Source of the DNA: Haliotis rubra
Lineage: Eukaryota
NCBI RefSeq assembly: GCF_003918875.1
Contig: NW_025765192.1
Coordinates: 744,001-808,000, forward strand
Length of the DNA: 64,000 nucleotides
Direction of reading: 5' to 3'
Positions 53,735-64,000 of this stretch are shown piece after piece. The translations under genes and the position numbers were made by a program. The notes under the pieces are model-generated. The model was given only the letters and a program-made list of their open reading frames with translations, did no database searches and was not told where the DNA came from. Every line of letters starts with the position of its first letter. Position 1 is the stretch's first letter.

Positions 53735-55020
53735 TGAACATGCTACACGTGCACTTTGTGATATGAACATGAAGCACGTGCACTTTGTGATATGAACATG
53801 CAGCACGTCCGCTTTGTAATATGAACATGCTACACGTGCACTTTGAAATATGAACATGCTACACGTGCACTTAATAATATGAACATGCTAGACGTGTACT
53901 TTGTAATATGAACATACTACAGGTGCACTTTGTGATATGAAAATGATGCACCTGCACTTTGTAATATGAACATGATACACGTTCACCTTGTCATATGAAC
54001 ATGCTATACGTGCACCCTGTAATATGAACACGCTACACGTGCACTTTGTGATATGAACATGCTACACGTGCACTTTGTGATATGAACATGCTACACGTAC
54101 ACTCTGTAATATGAACACGCTACACGCGTGCACTTTGTCATATGAACATGCCACTCGTGCACTTCGTAATATGAACATGCTACACGTGCACTTTATAATA
54201 TGAACATGCTACACGTGCACTTTGTGATATGAACATGCTAAACGGCCAGCTTGCAACATGAACATGCTACACGTGCACTCTGTAATATGAACACGCTACA
54301 CGCGTGCACTTTGTGATATGAACATGCTAAACGGCCAGCTTGCAATATGAACATGCTACACGTGCACTCTGTAATATGAACATGCTACACGCGTGCACTT
54401 TGTGATATGAACATACCGATCGTGCACTTTGTAATATGAACATGCTACACGTCCAGCTTGTAATATGAACATGCTACGCATACACTTTGTGATATGAACA
54501 TGCTACACGTGTACTTTGTGATATGAACATACTACAAGTGCACTCTGTAATATGAACATGCTACACGTGCACTTTGTGATATGAACATGCTACACATGCA
54601 CTTTGTGATATGAACATGCTACACGTGCACTCTGTAATATGAACATGCTACGCGTGCACTTTTTTATATGAACATGCTACACATGCACTTTGTGATCTTA
54701 ACATACTACACGTGCACTTTGTGATATGAACAGGCTACACCTACACTGTGTAATATGAACATGCTACACATGCACTGTGTAATATGAACACGCTACACGC
54801 GTGCACTTTGTCATATCAACATGCCACTCGTGCACTTCGTAATATGGACATGCTACACGTGCACTTTGTGGAGTGAACATGCTACACGTGCACTTTGTGC
54901 AATAGCCATGCAACACGTGCACTTTGTGATATGAACATGCTACACGTGCACTTTGTGATATCAGGGGTCACACGCGCACTCCGTGATATGAACATGCTTG
55001 TCGTCCACGTTTTAATATGA
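53735..55020. repeat. 29-bp minisatellite, about 44 units, CACGTG in the consensus
   Basis: Unit atatgaacatgctacacgtgcactttgtg (period 54051 to 54080). Confidence 0.96.
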
Positions 55021-55453
55021 ATGTGATGCACACGTAGTTTTGCGTGTTTGATGATTAATTCACAGGGAAATCACGCTCACGTCACTCTGAATCACCGTAG
55101 TTAAGCTCAAACTATTGAAACTATTGCTATTTTTTGTAAACACAGTTCGGTTGACTTAAGACCCAAACAATACTAACAAAGCAAAGAAGATCGTGAAACC
55201 GAAAGCTTCCTCAAGGTAATATCGAACTTGTCTTTTCATATTTTTCAACGCGCATACCAAATATGAGATAATGTGGCTTTCGCTTTCGTTGAAACTGAAA
55301 CTGATACTTTTTTAAAGCAATTGTAAACACAATCTATCAATATGTAAAGATTATGGGGAAGTAAATACTCGGAACGCGAACGCTGTGTTGAGTCTAGAGG
55401 ATAAATCATCAACTTAATATTAATACCTTTATGTGATATTGCATCCCGTTTAT

Positions 55454-55638
55454 TAGTCCATTCACTGACTCACCCAAATATATCCAAGAAAGCCCATGCA
55501 AGTCTGAATATGTATCAAGTCTAGATTGCCAGAGTTTCAGGAATTGAAGAAAGCCTGTTTCATTATATCTTATGATTATAATTTAGGAACCGTTTTTTCT
55601 GTAAAATATGTTCATTTCAGAGACGAGATGTTGGTGTA
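55454..55638 (+). mobile_element. Degraded AcademH-like short element
   Basis: aaatatatccaagaaagcccatgcaagtct...gttcatttcagagac matches the copies at 5150 and 57280; no TSD retained. Confidence 0.55.
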
Positions 55639-55875
55639 GGAAATAGGGTACACTCCATGCAGGATGTAGAGAAGCAAATGCTATGCACGGGTCGGTAGCT
55701 GAAGTTTGCACTGACGATGATGTTTCGCCGATTGTACAGATGATGGACTGATTCTTGTACCGCGCGGACACAGATATGAATCTGATTCTGTTGTACCATG
55801 TGAGATGTTAGTGTCACTGTTGACTCAGAACTAGGTTCAAATCAAATTATGTTATTCCAGGGTCAAGTCTGGATC

Positions 55876-56470
55876 AAGTCTGATTGGTCGGTCCGGTGAC
55901 GAGTTTGGCGTTACTGTCGGCTTGTGAACCAGAATCAAGTCTGATTGGTTGGTCCGGTGACGAGTTTGGCGTTACTGCCAGCTTGTGAACCAGAATTAAG
56001 TCTGATTGGTTGATCCAGGAACGAATATGGCGTAACTGCCAGCTTGTGAACCAGAATTAAGTCTGATCGGTTGATCCAGGAACGAATATGTCGTTACTGC
56101 CGGCTTGTGAACCAGAATTAAGTCTGATCGGTTGATCCAGGAACGAATATGTCGTTACTGCCAGCTTGTGAACCAGAATTAAGTCTGATCGGTTGATCCA
56201 GGAACGAATATATCGTTACTACCGGCTTGTGAACCAGAATTAAGTCTGATCGGTTGATCCAGGACGAATATGGCGTTACTGCCAGCTTGTGAACCAGAAT
56301 TCAGTCTGATCGGTTGATCCAGGAACGAATATGTCGTTACTGCCGGCTTGTGAACCAGAATTCAGTCTGATCGGTTGATCCAGGACGAATATGGCGTTAG
56401 TGAAGGCTGTGTGAGCCAGAATCATGTCTAACCTCGTTTGTTCCGGGGACAAGTTTGACGTTACTTTCGC
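55876..56470. repeat. 61-bp minisatellite, about 10 units
   Basis: cttgtgaacc recurs at 55921, 55982, 56043 and onward. Confidence 0.95.
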
Positions 56471-57258
56471 AGGTACAACTCTGATCCCGCTGTTTGTCTA
56501 CAGCAAGACGCGAAAACGAGTTTGACGTTACCCAGAGATAAGCCACTTCAGATAATCAAATACAGTAGACCCCGAAAACAGCCATCCAGCATCCACAGAT
56601 TTGCTGATGCTGTGAAAATATCGGGTTTGTAATGGGAGATTTTGGTACTGCTTTTCATACCTGAATGTCTCATGAGGTTCAGGTTATGCGTGGGTGAGTG
56701 AGTGAGTTAATATTTAACGTCACGTCGGCAATATTTAAACCATACCGTGACGATCAGATTATGTGCGACATTGGTGACCCAGAATATTTCATCTTTTCCA
56801 AAATACGTGTCACATACACATTGTACTTGTCGTGCCATCACACTCCCCCTCACAGACAGACGCTTACATTCACACAAACACACACACAGTATTCTATTTT
56901 GCGGTGTTTTCTTATTCATAGATTTACAATATAGTCATAACACCCCAGCGACCTTTTAAAGTTAATAGTTCTTTAACACGTTTTCGATGGGTGACAAGTA
57001 GCTCGTACAATAAGAGTTCTTTCACAAATAATGGCCTTAAAAGAACAGGCCGGAACCATTCCCTCCTTATTGTTCATGCCTGGGACCATTTGTGAATCAA
57101 TTCTTACGGCGACGCTCTCTCCATAACGTACCGTGTATTACCTAATAATAACATGTTGAAAGAGGTTACATAAATAAGGTAGGAAATAACATTGACTGGA
57201 TGACTTGGTGGGTGTTGAATATGATACCCACAGGCCATTGTCGGTCAATTATATACTA

Positions 57259-57769
57259 GTGAGTGAGTATAGTTTTACGTAGTCTGTCGTACAGACCCTG
57301 AAGTAAATATATCCAAGAAAGCCCACGCAAGTCTAGAAAATGTCTCAGGGCTCCTTTTCATTATATTTTAATTTTTTTTACTATGAACTTTTTTCAGTAA
57401 AATATATTCATTTCAGAGACTAGTTGTTAGTCTAAGTTTTACGCCGCTTTTAGCAATATTCCTGCAATTCCAGCAGGGGACACCATAGACTTACAACTAG
57501 TTTTCGAAATGAACATATTTTACTGAAAAAAGTTCATAGTAAAAAAAATAATTATATAATGAAAAGGAGCCCTGAGACTTACTTCATTTTCAGAAGCTGA
57601 AGCTGAGGAAATCTGGACTTGCCACATTTTCTAGACTTGTGTGGTCTTTCTCGGATATATTTGCTTAAGGGTCTGTACGACAGACCAGGGATACCAGAAA
57701 TGGGCTTCACACATTGTACCCATGCTGGAAATCGAACCCGGCGTGACAAGCGAATGCTTCAACCACCGC
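57259..57769 (-). mobile_element. SINE family A interrupted by two oppositely oriented AcademH-like elements (57280-57434 plus; 57486-57687 minus)
   Basis: TSDs agttttacg/agttttacg and gggacacca/gggatacca; removing both inserts restores a family A SINE. Confidence 0.88.
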
Positions 57770-58555
57770 TCTTGTATAACAGACACATTAATGACGATGG
57801 AAGGAGATCAGGATGTGCTTACTGACATGTCCAGTACACGTGGTCAGTCAGGTAAATAACAGACACCAGTGATCGACAGTAGGAGCAACGATCGGTGTGC
57901 CCTTACACAAGAACGGTCAGTCACAAATACGTGGCTGAGTGCGTGTGGTTTAACGTCGCAATATTCCACCTACATCGAGCCTTGGACGGGTAACCAGGGC
58001 GTGGAAACATGAGCTACCATCTACGCCATCGCGATAGGTGAGATAAGAGATAAGAAATATCAGATAAGGTGAGATAAGAAAAATCTCAGAGCCCGATCAC
58101 CCGATCCGCGTCATGCCTTCCCCAACCAAACAAATGATGGTACACGCATTCCCTTAGCTGCTTCCTGAGAGGCGACCACTGTAGAAGAGTGAATCGCGTA
58201 AAAAACAGAAACTAATACTAATGTGTTACAATATATCGGTATGTGTTGTTGAAATATATATGAATGTATTTTATATGTGATATACATGTATGTATTAAGC
58301 GGTGGATCCAAGGTATGATATATAACAGTGTTTAAGTGGATGTTTAGCAGATGAGTTTCATTTTTATCATAATATGTTTATCATCTGACCTCGTCACATA
58401 AAGTAGGTACATGAGCTGCTTGTTCAGTTCATGTTAGCAGAAAGTATAACAGTCCAGAGACAGTATGGAATATGTGTACCTGAGGCATTAGTGTTGTGAA
58501 ACTAGACGCAAGCTACGTATGGACATCCTCGCCACCCAATACACATTGTAACATG

Positions 58556-58725
58556 TTGTCTGTCTCCAGTCCCTGAACCACGATATTATCCTTTCCAACC
58601 ACCCCTTTCTTCAGTGCAAAGGGCATAAAATCAAGCCTGACTCACTTGTGCTGGGGCTCCTTTTCAGTTAAAATGGAATTATTTGTTTCTAAAAATATAT
58701 TTATTCAGAGAATAAACGTAGTTTA
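58556..58725 (+). mobile_element. AcademH-like short element, second subfamily
   Basis: Perfect 9-bp TSD tgtaacatg (58547-58555 and 58726-58734). Confidence 0.75.
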
Positions 58726-58746
58726 TGTAACATGACGTACGACTAG

Positions 58747-58997
58747 AGTGAGTGGGTGAGTGAGTTTAGTTTTACGCCGCACTCAGCAATATTCCAGCTA
58801 TATGGCGGCGGTCTGTAAATAATCGAGTCTGGACCAGACAATCCAGTCATCAACAACATGAGCATCGATCTGCGCAATTGGGATCCGATGACATGTGTCA
58901 ACCAAGTCAGCGAGCCTGACCACCCGATCCCGTTAGTCGCCTCTTACGACAAGCATGGGTTACTGAAGGTCAATTCTAACCCGGATCTTCACGGGTC
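58747..58997 (-). mobile_element. SINE-like family B, full length
   Basis: 12-bp TSD acgtacgactag fixes the 5' end at GACCCGTGAAG. Confidence 0.93.
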
Positions 58998-59195
58998 ACG
59001 TACGACTAGAAGCCATCATAGGTCGTGGCAAATAAAATATGTCTGTCTATTGACGAACCACACCCCTTGGCTGCAACACCAGTCAACACATTGCAATCGT
59101 TATAAACACATTTCAATCATCTAACCACTGGTTAGAAAAGCATGAAGTAATTGTGTACCACCAAATCCCCATCTGTACAGGTTCCTATGACAGTC

Positions 59196-60935
59196 AGTAA
59201 AAATAAGGGTGCAAACAGTAACCCCAATAATTACAGAGGTATCTCTCTTATTGATTCTGTGTGTAAAATATTCACTTCCATTCTCAACAGTAGATTACAG
59301 GTTTGGTGTGAGGAAAAGAATATTATTCATGAAGCTCAGGCAGGATTCAGGAGTAATTATTCTACTACTGACCACATTTTCTCACTTCAAGCTATGGTAC
59401 AGAAATATTCATGTAAGAAGAAAGGAAGGCCCTTGTATCAATGTATGGTAGGTTGTCAGCTTGTGTCAGAACATCTCAAGGTCTTTCAAGTTATTTTGAT
59501 TGTAGTATAGGTACTAGGCAGGGTTGCATCCTCAATCCCCAATTGTTTATTACCTTTATGAATCAGCTTATGGAAAGTATGGAGCAATTTGGTGGCGGTG
59601 GTATATTTATTACACCTGTTGTTAATAAACTATATGCTCTTATGTTTGCGGATGATATTTCCTCAGTCTCGGATCCTGCTTTCCAGCTTCAGTAGAAGAT
59701 TCATGGTCTTGAGAATTGTTGTCAACTCACTGGTATGAAGGTCAATATTAATAAGACTAAAGTTATTGTTTTCAGGAATAGTGGGCCCCTTAGACAGCAT
59801 GAAAAGTGGTTTCTTTATGGTCAAAGGCTGGAAGTTGTTTGATACTACAGGTATTTGGGTATTGTGTTCACTCCTAGGCCAGTTTGGACTAAAGCTCACT
59901 AAAGCTTCTCAAGCCAATAAAGCCCTTATGGCTATCTGTAGATACCAAATCAGAGTGGGTTATCTGTCATGTGCGGAACCTTTAAAAATATTGATATTAT
60001 TGTTAAACCTATTCTTTGTTACGGTTCAGAAATTTGGGGTGTTACCCATTGTAAAATCCATTGAACAAAACCAGATAAAAACATGTAAATATTTCTTAAA
60101 AGCTGGTAAAAATACATGCAACAATATGGTTCTTGGTGAATGTGGCAGATTCCCTCTTCAACTTACTTATATGTCAAGGGCAGTTAAATATTGGTGTAGA
60201 CTTTTAACTCTTCCAAGTTGTAGATTACCTCACCAGTTTAATTTAATGTCAAAGTCTTTGGGTGAATCTGGACGGACGACATGGGCATCTCATATCAAGA
60301 ATATTTTATTTAGATTTGGGTTTGGCTTTGTGTGGATTTCACAGGATATTGGAGATATTGATGGTTTCATTTCTGTTTTTAAGCAAAGATTTTCTGATAA
60401 ATCTTTCACAAGATTGGTACTCATCCCTACATAATACAACCAAGTGTTCTAATTATATACTTTTCAAGTCCCTCCTGAAAGTTGAAACTTATCTCAGTTT
60501 AGGTATTGCCCCATATTTAAGAAATTGTTTAACAAAATTTAGACGTGGTAAATGTAAACTTAGTTCTGAGATCGGTAGATATAACAATGTCCCTTATGAT
60601 TTAAGATTCTGTCCTTTTTGCCACAAAATTAATATTTATTTAATTGAAAATGAAATACATGTTTTACTTTATTGTAAAGCTTACCTAGATATAAAGAATA
60701 CGTTTCTGGATAAATATTTGAAACATCATAGTTCACAACACAGCTTTATAAACATAATGACTTCAACAAACATAAATGTTATAGATAATTTATGCCTATT
60801 TTTATATAATGTTGGGAAAATAAGAGATTCTGATGTTTTTATGTAACACGCATGTAACTTCTTATCATATCTATGAATGTATTTTGGGCCAGTGGCCTAT
60901 TACTGAATAAAACTGTCAGTCTGTCTGTCTGTCTG
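59196..60935 (+). mobile_element. 5'-truncated non-LTR retrotransposon (RTEX-like LINE) with reverse transcriptase pseudogene
   Basis: NYRGISL, QAGFR, GTRQGCILNPQLF, LMFADD, VLGECGRFPL and RFCPFC..ENEIHVLLYC across shifted frames; AATAAA plus (TGTC)n tail; 13-bp TSD tcctatgacagtc. Confidence 0.9.
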
Positions 60936-63065
60936 TCCTATGACAGTCCATGCTGCAGCTGAATGAGGTTGTGTATGACGCTGAACGTACGCGCCTGTGT
61001 TTTTATACAACCAGAGCGAGGCATGGTTCGCGCGCGAAGACAACGCCTTTAATCGTACCCAGCATGCCCCTTTAAATAGTAGTAACAACCGGTTCGGATC
61101 GGGTTAATCAAATTGTTCTAAAAAATGTCTTAATTGTTGGGGTGGGACAATGATCAGAAAGAAAAAAAACATGTCCGGGTTTGTGTAAGGCGTTCATTTA
61201 AAATTTATGCACAGACCCGACAGCAAAGAAATAAACACTGAAACTGCAATGGCTTTTCCTGCAACCTAACCCAGGAAACAAGGCATCCAGATGTCCTCCG
61301 TTGTCCTCGACAACAGTAATGTCCTCGCTCTGATAAACAGAGCCTTCCTGGAGAGGGTATTTCGTCGCAGGTGGCGAGGCCCCCTAATCTCATAAAATCG
61401 CCATTGTGACAAACTACCAATCCCCTGGCAATATATCGTCAATCATCTTAGCACCAACCGCTCTAACTTATCAAATCACATACGAAATACACCTAAACGA
61501 TCGCAGCTAATTTAATCCCGGCGGCTGAAATACAACGCTCGACGGACGGGGTCTGTGAAATGACATGGGACGGGCGTCAAGCCGCTCTAACGCTGGCATT
61601 CTTCCGTGACGTATACTGCGGTCTTTGATTCCCGCAGCTGTTGGTTTCAGATCGAGGCTTGCGGCGTCGGGGCATTTCTCGCATAGCTAAAACAACTGTA
61701 CATACGGTATAATTTCCAGCACATGTCAATTATCTCATAGCGATTATTTATGTTTTACGGCTGTCGACGAGAGAGCGAGTTACAGTATTGAAGTTTCGTA
61801 TGCCTGCTTGACGCACGCGAGGTTTGGTTCGTCAGCACATGTGGCTTGCTACATGGGGCCACCGCTTGTGGTCTTGAAAAATTTAAATGTCATCAGACGC
61901 GTTCGTCTAATCAGCACCGTGAAACCGACGCCTTTACTTGATTGGCTACTATTGATGCTAGGGAACGCGGTAGGGGGTCAAGGATGAGCTTCCGGGGCGG
62001 GGGATGGTCCCTTGTGGGGGTCAGGAGGACTCACCGGATCAGCTATTGTTGTCCGTGGGAGCGTCCATTCAAGCGACATCTGCCGGAGGGTGGAGAGGTT
62101 GAGAATTGCTGGGATAGGACGGCGTGCATACGCAACTCCGGTGTATGACATACAGGCCGGGCTGGCCCGCCCAACGCAGCGTATTCGTCAAACATTTGTA
62201 TCGCTATGTTTACCGATGCCGCTCAGAGGAGAGCAGCTATGCATTAGGGAATGTTTTCACTGTGTTTTTGATTGAACTTCTCCCTTCTTCTCCTTGCTGA
62301 CAGTAGGGTTCTGCTACAATAACTGCACAAGTATGCCGTTTAAGAACGCACCGTTCAAACAACAAATTAATTGCTTATCTCACTGTAATACTAGTTGGGT
62401 CAATACGTGTGGGTTCCGTGTCGCAACATACGTCCGCAGTAACCAATGTTTGTTGAAAGGGGCCACTAAATGGGTCAGGTGGTTAGGTTCAGTGACGTGC
62501 TTGATCACTGGATTGTCCGTTCCAGACCTGATTATTAAAACCTTACCTGTCAGCATAAAACAACCAAAACAACAAATAAAAATAAACTAGATGAGCTATG
62601 TTGATATCAACCACCACCCGTCGACGGGAACATATCCCGTTTTATCAATATTAAACCACCAACCATCATTCATTTTCCACAATTAGCTTATAGGTATCAC
62701 CGTCCTGTTACAATCACCCCGTGAAACACGGCTACATAGTTTGTTGACAGGCAGTGGCACTTAACATAATCACAGCTTCGAATTCCTTATTTTTATAAAG
62801 TCTTTAAACGGCATTCGGAAGTAATACACAAAATATCGAGAATTTATGGATTTTGGAGTATATTTTTACTCCTTTATCGGGAAATGTCGTGTTCCTCAAA
62901 CTAAAGAAGTTGACATCCATAAATTCTTGCCTTTGCTTCTTGTTTACCATTTGAACCTTCCTGTGAGGATTCGGGAATAGAATTGGTCCCCAGAAAACTA
63001 TGGTGGTCTTATGGGGAGATTGAATAGACACGGTGACGTTGTCGAGTATGCGTCGAGTATGTTTG

Positions 63066-63402
63066 TGGTGGTGCGTGGTCCTGTGCTCAAAGCTCAAATC
63101 GGCGAAGTTAAGCAGCGTTGAGCTCGGAGAGTCCTTGGATGGGTGACCGTGTTTGGCAGCTTGACTCCTAAGAGTTCTAAGACTTGAGTCCTGCCCCACA
63201 TCGAAGAAAGTGAGTTTGTTCAAAATTGTCTCTGTTCACCCAGCAGGAAAATGGGTACCCGGTGGAAAAAAGTCATGTGACTATAACCTTCTAGCGCCTA
63301 ACAGGCAGCTTGGGTTATCCGGCGTAATAATGTGCTGTGCCTTGATTGTTAGCGCTATGAGCATACCTAGTGTGGAGTATAACTGGCACATTATTATTAT
63401 TA
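63066..63402 (+). mobile_element. Degraded SINE: tRNA-like head containing a 5S rRNA segment, CORE-like body, (ATT)n tail
   Basis: 5S-like 63098-63149; tgtctctgttcacccagcaggaaaatgggtacc at 63227-63259; agcgctatgagc near the tail. Confidence 0.65.
63098..63149 (+). pseudogene. 5S rRNA fragment (internal control region)
   Basis: atcggcgaagttaagcagcgttgagctcggagagtccttggatgggtgaccg versus invertebrate 5S atcaccgaagttaagcaacgtcgggcccggttagtacttggatgggtgaccg; 5' and 3' arms absent. Confidence 0.8.
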
Positions 63403-64000
63403 ACCCCCGACGTCGGTGGTTGCTCACGACCCAGTCCCAAATATTGACAGACAACTGCCTTATAGCTTAAATACTGGAATACTGCAAAGAGTGACGTTTA
63501 TGAAACATTTTCTTCCCTTTAAACGTAAAAAGCCAATGCTTCGATGTAGACAATTAAACCCATCGCACTTGAGAGGAGAGGTAGTGGAAGTACGTACATT
63601 ATTGAGGACGTGTTACAGACGCTCACCTCCCTCAAGGAGCTCTGATACGTCTCACCAGGCCTCCGGCCACATAAATCAACGTACTTTCAGCTTTGTGAGA
63701 CAAAATTGTGTATTCGAGCAAAAAGTACAAGCGACGATATGTCTGCATATTGTATGTATATGCGCCCGCACACATATGCGCTATCTACACAGCGAGGGCG
63801 GTGGCCGCGCGGTAAATACCGGGTGCAATCGCTTGGCGTCGGTCATAGACGATCTAAGGATGATAGTTGGCGGGTTTTCCGTGAAATGCGAGTATGTAGC
63901 ATGTCGAGAGGGAAATTACAGAGGCCGGCAAAGCTCTCGAGACGAGATAAAATCAATTTTCGAAATACCGCCGATAATTATTGCCGCAAGAAAGTCGCTA

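Noticed and set aside
46870-56470. Regular 29-61 bp arrays as CRISPR arrays
   Set aside because: No unique spacers, no cas genes, and a eukaryotic intron/SINE context; these are head-to-tail minisatellites.
63098-63149. Functional 5S rRNA gene
   Set aside because: Only about 52 of about 120 nt present, mutated, and no oligo-T terminator.

Overview
Eukaryotic (animal, most likely molluscan; the SINE families look like abalone/Haliotis, which is inference) genomic DNA, not prokaryotic. It contains one complete spliced gene on the minus strand: six coding exons (37744-37163, 23387-23161, 22659-22433, 22233-21486, 21153-20451, 19262-19074). All introns are GT-AG and phase-compatible, giving 891 aa with an N-terminal SAND domain and a C-terminal SAM domain, i.e. 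a SAMD11/Drosophila Samuel-type corepressor. The gene body and its 13.8-kb first intron are almost free of young repeats. The flanks are dense with them: three SINE-like families (two sharing one 3' tail, one of these with a pseudoknot-like head instead of a tRNA promoter), a tRNA/5S hybrid-headed SINE, seven short TAG...CTA elements mostly with 9-bp TSDs (AcademH-like), decayed hAT, Tc1 and RTEX-like LINE copies, MITEs and several minisatellite arrays. There is a 185-N assembly gap at 36902-37086. No CRISPR array, rRNA operon or intact tRNA gene was found. All alignments were made by eye; no searches were run.
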